From positions 832,001-896,000 of the forward strand of contig CAVYTA010000005.1 of the NCBI GenBank assembly GCA_963771355.1: DNA of 64,000 nt. Direction: 5' to 3'. This document shows positions 1-11,401 of the stretch, one piece after another. Every line of letters starts with the position of its first letter. Positions within the stretch are counted from its first letter, which is position 1. The notes below the pieces were generated by a model. The model searched no databases. It was not told where the DNA came from and saw nothing but the letters and a program-made list of their open reading frames with translations. Made by a program: the position numbers and the translations under genes. Origin of the DNA: an uncultured Candidatus Rokubacteria bacterium (lineage in GTDB: Bacteria > Methylomirabilota > Methylomirabilia > Rokubacteriales > CSP1-6).

Positions 1-357
1 TATGAGTGGGTGCAGGCGGTGGGCAAGGTGCCGGTCCGCACCAAGGACTCCACCGCCTTCATCGTGAACCGGCTGCTGGTGCCCTATCTCCTCGACGCCA
101 TCCGCGTCTACGAGGGCGGACTCGCCACCCTCGAGGACATCGACGCCGCCATGAAGCTGGGCTGCGGCTATCCCATGGGCCCGTTCACCCTGCTCGATCT
201 CGTCGGGCTCGACACCACCATGTTCGTGGCCGAGGTGATGTTCGAGGAGTTTCGCGAGGCGCGCTACGCCCCACCCCCTCTCTTGAAGCGCATGGTCATG
301 GCCGGCCAGCTCGGACGGAAGACCGGCAAGGGCTTCTACAGCTACCCGGCCAAGTAG
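1..357 (+). CDS. 3-hydroxyacyl(butyryl)-CoA dehydrogenase, C-terminal part (5' truncated by window)
   Basis: [33 protein letters not shown] motifs of the 3HCDH C-terminal domain. Confidence 0.9.
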   Translation, partial: YEWVQAVGKVPVRTKDSTAFIVNRLLVPYLLDAIRVYEGGLATLEDIDAAMKLGCGYPMGPFTLLDLVGLDTTMFVAEVMFEEFREARYAPPPLLKRMVMAGQLGRKTGKGFYSYPAK

Positions 358-373
358 GGTGGACACGACCACC

Positions 374-1538
374 ATGCCCCATGACCTCTGGTACCTCGAC
401 GATCGAGCAGCGGGCCATCCGGGACCTGGCGCGGGAGATCGCGCGGGAGCGCATCGCCCCCCTCGCCGCGCGGGTGGACGAGACCGAAGAATATCCCGCG
501 GAGCAGATCCAGCGGCTGGGCGCCCAGGGGCTGATGGGGCTGCACGTCCCCGAAGAGTACGGCGGCAGTGATGCCGGCGCGCTGGCCTTCTGCCTCGCCG
601 CGGAGGAGATCGCCGCCGCCTGCGCCGCCACCTCCACCATCTTCCTCGTCCAGAACCTCGGCGGGTACCCCATCATCCTCGCCGGGAACGCCGAGCAGAA
701 GAAGCGCTTCCTTCCCCGCCTGGCCGCCGGCGAGATCACCGCGGCCTTCTCGCTGTCCGAGTCCGGCTCCGGCTCGGACGCGGCGGGGATGCAGTGCGCG
801 GCGGTGCGCAAAGGCGACCGCTACGTCGTCAACGGCTCGAAGATGTGGGTGACCAACGGCTCGCACGCCGGCGTGCTCACCGTCTTCGTGAGCACCGACC
901 GGGGCCGGCGCGGCCGCGGCGTGACCGCGCTGCTGGTGGAGCCCGGCACCAGGGGCTTCAGCGTGGGGAAGCACGAGAAGAAGCTCGGCATCCGCGGCAG
1001 CCCCACCGTCGCGCTGCACTTCACCGACTGCGAGATCCCCGTGGAGAATCGCCTGGGCGAGGAGAACGAGGGCTTCCGCATCGCCATGCGCACGCTGGAG
1101 CAGTCGCGTCCCACCATCGGCGCGCAGGCGGTGGGTATCGCCCAGGCCGCACTGGACGCCGCGGTGGGCTATGCCCGGGAGCGCCGTTCCTTCGACCAGC
1201 CCATCGCCGCCTACCAGGGCATCCAGTTCATGCTGGCGGACATGGCGATGGCGGTGCATACCTCGCGGCTCGCCGTCCACCACGCGGCGGCACTGATGGA
1301 TCGGGGCGCGGCCGGCACCGCGTTCGAGGCGTCCGTGGCCAAGTGCATGGCCTCGGACACCGCGATGAAGGTGACCACGGACGCGGTGCAGATCTTCGGC
1401 GGCTATGGCTACACGCGGGAATTCCCGGTGGAGCGCTACATGCGCGACGCCAAGATCACCCAGATCTACGAGGGGACCAACCAGATCCAGCGTCTCGTGA
1501 TCGCGCGGGAGCTGCTGGGCGAAGGAGACCAGAGATGA
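374..1538 (+). CDS. acyl-CoA dehydrogenase (probable 1-nt frameshift near 403, or start at 381)
   Basis: [66 protein letters not shown] (374) joins EQRAIRD in another frame. Confidence 0.9.
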
Positions 1539-2814
1539 GCCGGCCCAAGGGCATCACGCGAGTCCCCCGCCGCAACTTCCTCAAGGGCGCCGCCGCCGGC
1601 GCCGCCGTGCTCGGTTTCCCGATGCCGCTGCGCGCCCAGGCCCCCGTCTTCAAGGTGGGGGTCGTCCATCCCGTGACCGGCCCGCTCGCGGAGCCGGGCC
1701 AGGCCTGCCGGCTGGGCGCCACCATGGCCGCGGAGGCCATCAATGCCGCCGGGGGCATCAAGGCCATGGGCGGCGCGAAGCTCGAGCTGATCTTCGGCGA
1801 TACGCAGACCAAGCCGGATATCGGGCGCACCGAGGCGGAGCGCGTCATCAATCAGGGCGCCCAGATGCTCATGGGCTCGTTCGACTCGGGCAGCACGGCG
1901 GCCATGGTGCCCGTGGTCCAGCAGCGGCGGGTGCCCTTCCTGGTGGACATCGCCGCCGCCGATCCCATCACCGCCAACGTGGCCAAGGCGGTGAAGGAGG
2001 GGCAGCAGAAGGTCCAGTACGTCTACCGCAACTTCCCCACCGGCATCTCCTTCGGGAGCAAGGCGGTGACATACTTCACCGAGATCTTCAAGGAGGCCGG
2101 CGTCGCGCCCAAGCGGGTGGTGCTGATGTACTGCAACGATCTCTTCGGCCAGAACGACGCCAAGGGGTTCCAGGCCGGGTACGCCGCCGCCAAGCCCGTC
2201 GTGGGAGATCGTGGACGTGATCCCGTGGCCGGAGCCGCCCGCAGGATCTCTCCACCGAGGTGTCCCGCGCCAAGGCGGCCAGGCCCGACATCATCGCGCC
2301 GATCACGCGGCCGGCCTCGGCCCAGCTCCTGCTCCCCGAGATCCGCAAGCAGCGGCTGGAGATCATGGGCATCGTGGGCCCGGGCAGCCCGGGCCTCTAC
2401 GAGGCGGGCCAGCTCGCCGTGCTCAAGGACGATCTCGAGCTCGTGATGGCCGCATGCCATGGGCGAACTTCAAGAATCCGCGGACCCAGCGGGTGGCGGA
2501 GGAATATCAGAAGCGATCGAGCGGGAAGACGTTCGACACCAACTCCGGCTACTCCTACGACGGGATGTTCGTCATCGCGGACGTGCTGGAACGGGCCAAG
2601 TCCACGGATCCCGACGTCATCGTGGACGCGATCAAGAAGACCAACTACGGCGCCGGCCTGATGCAGTACGCGGGCGCCGATCGTCTTCAACGACCTCGGC
2701 GACAACCCCAATGCCGTCACCACCATGATCCAGATCCTCGGCCAGAAGCCGGTCGCAGTGTGGCCCAAGGAGGCGGCGCTGCAGAAGTTCGTGTTCCCGC
2801 GTCCCAAGCGTTGA
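1535..2814 (+). CDS. Liv-type ABC transporter substrate-binding protein with Tat signal; several apparent frameshifts (~2198, ~2240, ~2453, ~2678)
   Basis: RRNFLK Tat motif; [20 protein letters not shown]; coding signal continues across ORFs 794, 2211 and 2260 to ...[15 protein letters not shown] overlap with upstream gene. Confidence 0.8.
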
Positions 2815-2841
2815 CGGGTCGCCGTCGCGGGACCCGCTGAG

Positions 2842-3713
2842 GTGGACCCGACCCTGATCGGGCAGGGGCTCCTCAGCGGGCTCCTCTTCGGGGGCGTGTA
2901 CAGCCTCATGGCGGTGGGGCTGACCCTGATCTTCGGCGTCATGCGCGTGGTCAACTTCGCGCACGGCGACATGATGGTGTGGGGCATGTACCTGGCCTGG
3001 ATGCTGTCCACGCGGCTGGGCCTCGACCCCTACCTCGGCTTCGGCCTTTGCGCGGGGCCCTGTTCGCCCTGGGGTGGGCGATCCAGCGCGGGCTGGTCCA
3101 CCGCATCGTGGACGCGCCCCACGAGATGCAGATCCTTCTCATGCTCGGGGTGGCGCTGGTGCTGGAGAACCTCGCCCTCGTCGCCTTCGGTCCCGACCCC
3201 CAGCGCGTGCGCTCGCCGCTCACGGCCGCCACGGTGTGGCTGGGCCCCATCTTCGTGGACGTGGCTCGCCTGGTGACCTTCGGGCTGGCGCTGGCGCTCA
3301 CGCTGGCGCTCTGGTTCTTCCTCGCCCGCACCGACCTCGGGCAGCGGATCCGCGCCGCCGCCGACAATCCCTACGGGGCGCTGGTCATCGGCACCGACGT
3401 CGGGCGTGTGTACGCCGCCGCCTTCGGCATCGGGGCCGCCTGCGTGGGCGCGGCGGGGGCCCTCGTCTCCCCCATCCTGCCGTTCCAGCCCGCCGGCGGG
3501 CTCACGCTCTCGGTGGCCTCGTTCAACATCGTGATCATCGGCGGGATGGGCAGTCTCCTCGGCGCCTTCGTGGGCGGGCTGCTGGTGTCGCTCGCGGAAT
3601 CCCTGGGCGCCGTGTTCCTGGCTCCCTCCATGAAAGAGCTGGTGAGCTTCTCGCTCCTCATCGTGATCCTGCTCTTCCGTCCCGCCGGCCTCTTCGGCAA
3701 GCGCGGCGCATGA
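2842..3713 (+). CDS. branched-chain amino acid ABC permease (LivH-like), frameshift ~3055
   Basis: GLTLIFGVMRVVNFAHG; IIGGMGS; LFRPAGLFG. Confidence 0.85.
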
Positions 3714-4672
3714 GGGGCAGGGGAATCGCCGCCGTCCTTGCCGTGGTCATCCTCGCCGCCCTGCCCGCGCTGCTCAGCTCCTACGCGATCACGGTGTTCA
3801 TCTTCATCTTCTTCTACGCCTATCTGGGCCAGGCCTGGAACATCGTGGGCGGCTACGCGGGCCAGCTCTCCGCCGGGCATGCCGCCTTCGTGGGCGTGGG
3901 CGCCTACACCTCCGCCATGCTCTCCATGAAGCTCGGGCTCACGCCCTGGATCGGGATGTTCGTGGGCGGGCTCGCGTCCGCCGCGCTCGGCGCCCTCATC
4001 GGGTTCCTCGGTTTCCGCTTCGGCCTGCGCGGCTTCTACTTCGTTCTCCTCACGGTGGCCTTTGCCGAGATCTGCCGCATCGTCGCCCTCAATACCGACG
4101 CGGTGGGGGGCGCCCTCGGGCTCTACATCACCTTCACCGGCAACCCCCGCCAGTTCCAGTTCCAGGACAACCGCGTCTACTACTACGTGGCCCTGGGCCT
4201 CATGCTCGCCGCCACCGGCCTCGTGGCCGCGCTGGAGCACCGGCGGTTCGGCGAGTACCTCACCGCCATCCGCGAGGACGAGAACGCCTGCGAGGCGCTG
4301 GGCGTCAACACCTTCAAGTACAAGATGCTGGCCATGGTGGTGTCGTCCTTCCTCACCGGGATCGGCGGGACCTTCTACGCCTACTACCTCTTCTCGCTGC
4401 AGCCGAACTCGGTGTTCGGGATCCCGCTCTCGGTGGAGATCATCATCCGGCCCATCGTGGGCGGAGCGGGCACCGTGCTCGGGCCCATTGTCGGCTCGTT
4501 CATCCTCAGTCCGCTGGGCGAGATCTCGCGCATCTACCTCTCGCAGGGCGGCTGGAGCGGCCTGCACCTCATCGTCTACGGGCTCCTGCTCATCGTGGTG
4601 GTGCTGTTCTTCCCGCAGGGCGCCTACCCGAGTTTGGTGAAGCTGGGGGCGCGCGTGCGCAATCGCCCATGA
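3710..4672 (+). CDS. branched-chain amino acid ABC permease (LivM-like)
   Basis: WNIVGGYAGQLSAGHAAF, AIREDENA..ALGVN, GGAGTVLGP; ATGA overlap. Confidence 0.9.
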   Translation: MRGRGIAAVLAVVILAALPALLSSYAITVFIFIFFYAYLGQAWNIVGGYAGQLSAGHAAFVGVGAYTSAMLSMKLGLTPWIGMFVGGLASAALGALIGFLGFRFGLRGFYFVLLTVAFAEICRIVALNTDAVGGALGLYITFTGNPRQFQFQDNRVYYYVALGLMLAATGLVAALEHRRFGEYLTAIREDENACEALGVNTFKYKMLAMVVSSFLTGIGGTFYAYYLFSLQPNSVFGIPLSVEIIIRPIVGGAGTVLGPIVGSFILSPLGEISRIYLSQGGWSGLHLIVYGLLLIVVVLFFPQGAYPSLVKLGARVRNRP

Positions 4673-5406
4673 GCGCCTTGCTCGAGGTGAAGGGGCTCTC
4701 GAAGCGCTTTGGCGGTCTCCAGGCGGTGGACGGCCTGTCGCTGTCCATGACCGCCGGCGAGATGCTGGGGCTGATCGGACCCAACGGCGCCGGGAAGACC
4801 ACGGTCTTCCATCTCCTCTCGGGGTTCCTGGCCCCCGATGCCGGCGACGTGCGCTTCCGGGAGCGGAGCTTGGTCGGGCTCAAGCCCCACGCCATCTGCC
4901 GGCTCGGGCTGGCCCGCACCTTCCAGATCGTGCGGCCCTTCCCCCACCTCTCCGTGCTGGCAAATGTCCGCGTGGGCGCGCTGGGCCGGCACCCCGACGC
5001 GCGCGAGGCGCGGGAGCGCGCCCGCCAGGTGGTGGAGCGGGTAGGACTCGGCGCCAAGGCGGAGACGATCGCGGGCAGCCTCACGCTGTCCGACCGCAAG
5101 CGGCTGGAGCTGGCGCGCGCCCTGGCCACCGAGCCGACCCTCCTGCTCCTCGACGAGGTCATGGCCGGGCTCACCGCCACCGAGACGGCCGAGATGGTCC
5201 GGCTCATCTCCGGCATCAACCGCGACGGGGTGTCCGTGCTCCTCATCGAGCACAACATGCGCGCGGTGATGACGCTCTCGCACCGCATCGTGGTGCTCTC
5301 CTTCGGCGTGCGGATCGCCGAGGGGCTGCCCGCGCAGGTCGCCAACGATCCCCGCGTCATCGAGGCCTATCTGGGAGAAGAATATGTCCACGCTCCTCCG
5401 GCTTGA
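4669..5406 (+). CDS. ABC ATP-binding protein (LivG-like)
   Basis: GPNGAGKTT, RTFQ, LLLDE, IEHNM, VIEAYLG. Confidence 0.92.
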   Translation: MSALLEVKGLSKRFGGLQAVDGLSLSMTAGEMLGLIGPNGAGKTTVFHLLSGFLAPDAGDVRFRERSLVGLKPHAICRLGLARTFQIVRPFPHLSVLANVRVGALGRHPDAREARERARQVVERVGLGAKAETIAGSLTLSDRKRLELARALATEPTLLLLDEVMAGLTATETAEMVRLISGINRDGVSVLLIEHNMRAVMTLSHRIVVLSFGVRIAEGLPAQVANDPRVIEAYLGEEYVHAPPA

Positions 5407-6097
5407 GGGGATCGAGGTGGGCTACGGCGCCCTCACCGCAGTGCGGGAGGTGTCGCTGGAGGTCGACGTGGGCGAGACGGTGGCGCTCATCGGCTCGAAC
5501 GGAGCCGGCAAGACCACCACGCTCAAGGCCATCACCGGTCTGCTCCCCCTCCGGCGCGGGACCGTCGCGCTGGACGGCGAGCGGATCGACGGCCTGTCTC
5601 CCGCGCGCGTGGTGGGGCGGGGCATCGCACACGTGCCCGAGGGGCGACAGCTCTTTCCCACCATGAGCGTGCGGGAGAACCTCGAGCTGGGCGCCGCCGG
5701 CCCCGACGCGCGGGCCCGGCGTGCCGATACGCTCGAGTGGGTGTTCCGCCTCTTTCCCCGGCTCGCCGAGCGGACCCGTCAGCTGGCGGGCACCCTGTCC
5801 GGGGGCGAGCAGCAGATGTGCGCGATCGGCCGGGGCCTCATGGCCCGCCCGCGTCTCCTCATGCTGGACGAGCCCAGCCTCGGGTTGGCCCCGGTGGTGG
5901 TGAAGCAGATCTTCGAGGTCCTGGCCCAGATCAATCGCGACGGCACCACCATCCTCCTGGTGGAGCAGAACGTGGCCAGGGCCCTCGGGCTCGCCCATCG
6001 GGGCTATGTCCTCGAGAATGGGCGCATTGCGCTCTCGGGCCCCCGCGACGCGCTGCTCGCCAGCGGCCATATCAAGCAGGCTTACCTCGGCTTGTAG
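5384..6097 (+). CDS. ABC ATP-binding protein (LivF-like)
   Basis: GSNGAGKTT, VPEGR, LSGGEQQM, LDEPSLGLAP, VEQN. Confidence 0.92.
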   Translation: MSTLLRLEGIEVGYGALTAVREVSLEVDVGETVALIGSNGAGKTTTLKAITGLLPLRRGTVALDGERIDGLSPARVVGRGIAHVPEGRQLFPTMSVRENLELGAAGPDARARRADTLEWVFRLFPRLAERTRQLAGTLSGGEQQMCAIGRGLMARPRLLMLDEPSLGLAPVVVKQIFEVLAQINRDGTTILLVEQNVARALGLAHRGYVLENGRIALSGPRDALLASGHIKQAYLGL

Positions 6098-6122
6098 AAC
6101 GCACGGTAAACTGGATGGGACA

Positions 6123-9100
6123 ATGACGGAACCCGCCTACGAAGCCCTGGTCCGACGGAACCGCGAGCTCGAGGCCCTCAACGCCGTGTCGGCAACCATC
6201 GGCCGCGGCGCCGATCTCGAGACCACCGCCGGCGACGCGCTGGACGTGGTGCTCGGGCTCACCGGCATGCGCGTGGGCTGCATCTTCCGCAAGGAGGCCA
6301 CCGCGGACGAGCTCGTCCTCGTCGCGCATCGAGGTCTTCAGGCGACCGATGCGGCCTTGCTGGGCGTGCGACCGCTGCACGGCACCCAGGTCGGGGACGC
6401 GGTGCGCACCGGCCGGGTGGATATCGCGCTCCTCGACTCGCCGCCGTCGGGCAGCGCCGCGCTGCGGGAGATGGCGGCGCGGATTCCCATCCGCACCCAG
6501 ATCACCTTGCCCATCCCCCTCAAGGGCGGAATCTGGGGCGCCATGGTGCTGATGGTCCGGGACCAGCGCGCCTTCGACGCGGAGGAAGTGCGGGCCCTCG
6601 AAGCGGTGGCGGCGCAGATCGGGCTCGCGGTGGAGCGCGCCGCCCTCCTCACCGAGTCGCGGGACAAGAGCCGTCGGCTGGAGGCGCTGCGCGAGATCGA
6701 GGGGCACATTTCCGCCCAGCTCGACGTGGACGCGCTCCTGGCGGTGGTGGCGGAGTCGGTGCGGCGGCTCATCGGGAGCGCCACCGCCGTCGTCTATCTC
6801 CGCGAGGGCGACGCCCTCCGCCCGCGCGCCTGGACGCCGGACGACGCCTGGTATCGCGGCGTGCTGACGCCCATCGGCACGGGGGTCGTCGGCACCGCGG
6901 CGGCGCGCCGGCTGGGCGTGATCGAGAACGACTACGCCCGATCACCCCTGCGCCTCGAGACCTTCGTGGGCCGCTATGCCCGGGTGCTCGCCCAGCCGCT
7001 CCTCGCCGGCGACCGCGTGGTGGGGGTGCTGGTGGTCAACCGGGCCGGGGACACGCCGCCCTTCACCGACGACGATCTCGCCGTGCTCGCGGACTTCGCC
7101 AGTCGCGCCACCGTGGCGGTGGAGAACGCGCGCCTCTTCGGCGAGGCCCGGGGCCGCGCCGCCGAGTATCGCGCGCTGTTCGAAGTGGCCGGCATCATCA
7201 GCTCCACCCTCGACGTGCAGCGCGTGCTGGACGTCATCGTGGAGCGCTGCCGGGCGCTGCTGGACGTGGGCGCGGCGGGGATCTTCCGCTTCGACGCCGA
7301 CCGCGACGCGCTGGTGTACGAGCGCGGGGTCGGCCTGTCGGCCGAGTTCATCGAGTCGGTGGTCATCCGTCCGGGGGAGGGGACGACCGGCCGGAGCTAC
7401 CTCGAGGGCCATCCGGTCTGGACGGCGGACATCCTCGCGGATGCGGAGGTCTCGCTGCCCGAGACCATGCGGGCCCGCATCACCCGCGAGGGCTATCGCG
7501 CGGTCCTCTCCGTGCCCATCCGCATCAAGGGCGAGGCGTACGGAGTGCTGGCGGTGTACTGGTGGGAGGCGCGCTCGCCCGACGCGCTCCAGATCGAGCT
7601 GCTGAGCGCGCTGGCGGGCCAGGCGGCCATCGCGCTGGAGAACGCGCGGCTCTACCAGGCCGCTACCAATCGCGGCCGGCGGCTGGCTGCGCTGACCCGG
7701 CTCACCGAGACGCTCACCGCCACCCTCAGCCTCGAGGAGGTGCTGGACCGCGTGGTGCGCTCGGCGGTGGACCTCTTCGGATCGAGCGTCTCCCGCGTGT
7801 GGCTCCTGGATCCGGACGGTCGCGCGCTGTCCCTCCGCGCCAGTGCCGGCGCGGTGTCCACGGTCGCCGGCCGCACCCGCTTCGCCGCCGGGGAGGGGCT
7901 CATGGGCCACATCGTGGCCACCCGCGCGCCCCTCCTGGTGCCCGATCTCCGCGAGGATGCGCGCCCGGGGAACGTGGACAGCATTCGCGCGGAGGGCATC
8001 ATCTCGTTCGCGGGCGTGCCGCTGACGCTCGGTGATCGCGTGCTGGGGGCGCTCTCGGTGTCGGTACGCGAGCGTCGGCCCTTCGACGAGGAGGACCTGA
8101 GCCTGCTGCAGTCGCTGGGCAGCCAGGCGGCGGTGGCCATCGGGAACGCGAGCCTCTACGCGGAGACCAGCCGCCGGCTCGACGAGACCCGCGCGCTCCT
8201 CGAGGTGGCGGCGATCCTGAACTCGACCCTCGAGCCGCAGCGGCTGCTCAAGCAGGCGGCCATCCGCATCGCCCAGGTCTGCGGGGTGGACCGCTGCACC
8301 ATCGAGCGCTGGGAGGGGGACCGGGTGTTCCCGCTCATGTCCCAGTTTGCCGACGGACGCCGCGCGCCCGCCATGTGGGAGGCCTTCACCAACCTGGCGC
8401 CCTACGCGCCGCTCGAGGTGCCCGTCCACGCCCGCGCGTTCGCCACCCGCCGCCCGGTGGTGATCGACGACGCGGAGGCCAGCGATCTCATCCCCGCCCG
8501 GTGGCGGCAGAGCTACGGGCTCAAGAGCTGCATGGCGGTGCCGCTCCTCCGCGGCGACGAGCTGATCGGCATCATGAACCTCGACTGCTGCGACCGGCGG
8601 ATCACCTTCGCGCCCTGGCAGGTGGATCTCGCGATGGCCATCGCGGGCCAGCTCGCGCTGTCGCTGGAGAACGCCCGGCTCTACGCGGAGGCGCAGGAGC
8701 GACTCCGCGAGACGAGCGCGCTGCTCGCGGTGGGACAGGTGCTGTCGCAGCCGGGGACGCCCGCGCAGGTGCTGCGGCGGGTGGCGCGCGAGGCGGCCCG
8801 GGCCTTCGGCGCCGACATGGCCGGCGTCTATGCGCTCAATCCGGCGCGCGACGCGCTGGTGCCGGTGGCCGGGTATCGCGTGCCCAAGGAGCTCCTCCCA
8901 CACTTCCTCAGCCAGGCCATGGTGCTCGCGCGCATGCCCGAGCTGGCGGCGGCCTGGCGCGCGGGGCGCGCGGTGTGGACGGCGGACATGAAGGGCGACG
9001 CGCGCTTCGACCCCGCGCTGGTTCAGGGGCTCGACCCGGCGGCCACACTCTTCGCCCCCACCCTCGTTCACGGCGAGCCGATGGGCGCGCTGTCGCTCGT

Positions 9101-11378
9101 CTGGTGGGGGTCGGGGCGGGAGCCCCAGCCCGCCGAGATCCGCCTCCTCGAGGGCATCGCGGCCCAGATCGGGCTCGCCATGGAGAACGTGGAGCTCGTC
9201 CAGCAAACCGCCCGCAAGCTGCGGGAGACGGAGACTCTGCTGGCGGTGAGCCGCACGGTATCCTCCACACTCGATCTCGACCACATGCCGCGCGAGTTCC
9301 TGCGCCACGTGGCCCGCTCGCTGGGCGCGAGCACCACCGGCATCTGGCTCGTCGACGAGTCGGGCGAGTGGCTCGAGCCCTTCATGGCCTATCACCTCCC
9401 CACCGGGCCGCGCGAGGCGAATCGCCACCTGCGCCTGCGGGTCTCCGCGCACGAATTCTACGCGGAGGCGGGGCGCACGCTGCGGTCGGTAGTGTCCACC
9501 GACGTGATGAACGACCCCCGTATCCCGGATGCCGTGCGTCAGCTGGTCCCCCACCGCACCCAGCTCTTCGTTCCTATCGTCGCCAAGGACCGGATGGTGG
9601 GTGGCTTCGCCATCACGTGGCGCCACCGCGTGCGGGTCCTCGACGACGGCGAGCTGCGGATGATGGAGGCGGTGGCGAGCCAGGCGGGGGTGGCGCTGGA
9701 GAACGCGCGGCTCTTCCGCGACAACGCGCGGCGCGTGGCGGAGCTGTCCGTGCTCCACGAGCTGTCGCGCGCGGTGACGGGACGGCTGGACCGCGAGGAC
9801 CTGGTGGCCACCATCCAGCAGCAGGTAGGGCGGGTCCTGAACGTGAACTACCTGGTCCTCCTCCTCCACGACGAGGCGGCGGACGAGCTGGAGGTGGTGC
9901 TGCGCGTGGTGGACGGCGCCGTCGACGCCGCCGGGCCGCGCCGCTACCCGCGCCATGGCGTGGGCCTCATGTCGGTGGTGCTGGATACCGGGCGGCCCAT
10001 CCGGACCACCGACTATCTGGCGGAGTGCGCCCGGCGGGGTGTGGACGTGGTCCCGCGCGCGGCGGAGGTACGCCACTGGCTGGGTGTGCCCATGCGGGCG
10101 GGGGACCGGTCCCTCGGCGTGTTCGTGCTGCGGAGCGCCCAGCGCGAGTTCACCGCCGCCGACGAGCATCTCCTCGGCAATATCGCCGACCTCGCCGCCC
10201 TCGCGCTCCGGAGCGCGCGGCTGTTCGAGGAGCGGACTCGCGCCTACGGCGAGCTGGCCGCCGCCCAGGACCAGCTCGTCCGCACCGAGAAGCTGCGCGC
10301 GATGGGCGAGATGGCGTCGGGGGTGGCCCACGACTTCAACAACGTCCTCGCCACCATCGTGGGCCGCGCCCAGCTCCTCCTCAATGAGGTGCGCGACCCC
10401 AAGCACCGGCGCTGGCTCGAGGTGATCGAGCGCTCCGGCCTGGACGGGGCGCAAACGGTGCGGCGGCTCCAGGAGTTCACCCGCATCCGTCGCGACCAGC
10501 CGGTGGTGGCGGTGAGCCTCAACCGGGTGGTGGAAGAGACGCTGGAGAGCACGGAGTCGCGCTGGCGCGACGAGCCCCGGAGTCGGGGCGTCGCGGTGGA
10601 AGTGCGGACGGCGCTCGCCCCCGATCTTCCGCCGGTGGCGGGTGATCCGGCCGAGCTGCGCGAGGCGCTGATCAACCTCATCCTCAACGCGGTCGACGCG
10701 ATGCCGGAGGGCGGCACGCTGACCTTGTCCACTACCGCCGACGCCGACGGCCGGGCGGAGCTGCTGGTGGCGGATACCGGGACGGGGATGCCGGAGCATG
10801 TCCGGCAGCGCATCTTCGATCCGTTCTTCACCACCAAGGGGCCGCGCGGCACCGGCCTGGGGCTCTCGATGACCTACGGTATCCTCTCGCGGCACGGCGC
10901 CCAGATCGGCGTGGAGAGCGAGGAGGGCCGGGGGACGCGCTTCCGGCTGCGCTTCCCCGGCACGACCTTGACGGAGGCGGCGGACCCGCGCACGCCGGTG
11001 CCCGCCGCGGCCGACCGGCTGCGCTGCCTCGTGGTGGACGACGAGACCGCGGTGGGCGAGGTGCTGGGTGACATCATCGAGGCGGCGGGGCATGGGGCGG
11101 TGGTGGTGGATAGCGGCGCCGCCGCCCTCGAGCGCGTCCGCGCCGAGCCCTTCGACGTGGTGTTCACCGATCTCGCCATGCCCGGGATCTCCGGCTGGGA
11201 GGTGGCTCGGGAGGTCACCAAGCTGCGGCCGGGGGTGCCCGTCTTTCTCGTGACCGGCTTCGGGGTGGAGCTGTCCCCCCAGGAGCTGGCCGCCCACGGC
11301 GTGCGGACCGTGCTCACCAAGCCGCTCGACATGCATGAGACCATCGCCCTGCTGGCCCGGCTCCGCCGGTCAGAGTAG
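6123..11378 (+). CDS. cytoplasmic hybrid sensor histidine kinase with 8 tandem GAF domains, HisKA, HATPase and C-terminal receiver
   Basis: Eight GAF-ending ENARL-like linkers; H-box AHDFNN, N-box NLILNAVDAM, DTGTGM, FDPFFTTK, GTGLGL; REC VVDDE..TDLAMP..KP. Confidence 0.9.
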   Translation: MTEPAYEALVRRNRELEALNAVSATIGRGADLETTAGDALDVVLGLTGMRVGCIFRKEATADELVLVAHRGLQATDAALLGVRPLHGTQVGDAVRTGRVDIALLDSPPSGSAALREMAARIPIRTQITLPIPLKGGIWGAMVLMVRDQRAFDAEEVRALEAVAAQIGLAVERAALLTESRDKSRRLEALREIEGHISAQLDVDALLAVVAESVRRLIGSATAVVYLREGDALRPRAWTPDDAWYRGVLTPIGTGVVGTAAARRLGVIENDYARSPLRLETFVGRYARVLAQPLLAGDRVVGVLVVNRAGDTPPFTDDDLAVLADFASRATVAVENARLFGEARGRAAEYRALFEVAGIISSTLDVQRVLDVIVERCRALLDVGAAGIFRFDADRDALVYERGVGLSAEFIESVVIRPGEGTTGRSYLEGHPVWTADILADAEVSLPETMRARITREGYRAVLSVPIRIKGEAYGVLAVYWWEARSPDALQIELLSALAGQAAIALENARLYQAATNRGRRLAALTRLTETLTATLSLEEVLDRVVRSAVDLFGSSVSRVWLLDPDGRALSLRASAGAVSTVAGRTRFAAGEGLMGHIVATRAPLLVPDLREDARPGNVDSIRAEGIISFAGVPLTLGDRVLGALSVSVRERRPFDEEDLSLLQSLGSQAAVAIGNASLYAETSRRLDETRALLEVAAILNSTLEPQRLLKQAAIRIAQVCGVDRCTIERWEGDRVFPLMSQFADGRRAPAMWEAFTNLAPYAPLEVPVHARAFATRRPVVIDDAEASDLIPARWRQSYGLKSCMAVPLLRGDELIGIMNLDCCDRRITFAPWQVDLAMAIAGQLALSLENARLYAEAQERLRETSALLAVGQVLSQPGTPAQVLRRVAREAARAFGADMAGVYALNPARDALVPVAGYRVPKELLPHFLSQAMVLARMPELAAAWRAGRAVWTADMKGDARFDPALVQGLDPAATLFAPTLVHGEPMGALSLVWWGSGREPQPAEIRLLEGIAAQIGLAMENVELVQQTARKLRETETLLAVSRTVSSTLDLDHMPREFLRHVARSLGASTTGIWLVDESGEWLEPFMAYHLPTGPREANRHLRLRVSAHEFYAEAGRTLRSVVSTDVMNDPRIPDAVRQLVPHRTQLFVPIVAKDRMVGGFAITWRHRVRVLDDGELRMMEAVASQAGVALENARLFRDNARRVAELSVLHELSRAVTGRLDREDLVATIQQQVGRVLNVNYLVLLLHDEAADELEVVLRVVDGAVDAAGPRRYPRHGVGLMSVVLDTGRPIRTTDYLAECARRGVDVVPRAAEVRHWLGVPMRAGDRSLGVFVLRSAQREFTAADEHLLGNIADLAALALRSARLFEERTRAYGELAAAQDQLVRTEKLRAMGEMASGVAHDFNNVLATIVGRAQLLLNEVRDPKHRRWLEVIERSGLDGAQTVRRLQEFTRIRRDQPVVAVSLNRVVEETLESTESRWRDEPRSRGVAVEVRTALAPDLPPVAGDPAELREALINLILNAVDAMPEGGTLTLSTTADADGRAELLVADTGTGMPEHVRQRIFDPFFTTKGPRGTGLGLSMTYGILSRHGAQIGVESEEGRGTRFRLRFPGTTLTEAADPRTPVPAAADRLRCLVVDDETAVGEVLGDIIEAAGHGAVVVDSGAAALERVRAEPFDVVFTDLAMPGISGWEVAREVTKLRPGVPVFLVTGFGVELSPQELAAHGVRTVLTKPLDMHETIALLARLRRSE

Positions 11379-11401
11379 AATCGGGCCGAGGCTCGAACCC
11401 C

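Noticed and set aside
6942..11336. 1464-aa antisense ORF (likewise 15721..20208 and 60334..62838)
   Set aside because: Shadow ORFs opposite well-supported genes in high-GC DNA, with no recognisable motifs.
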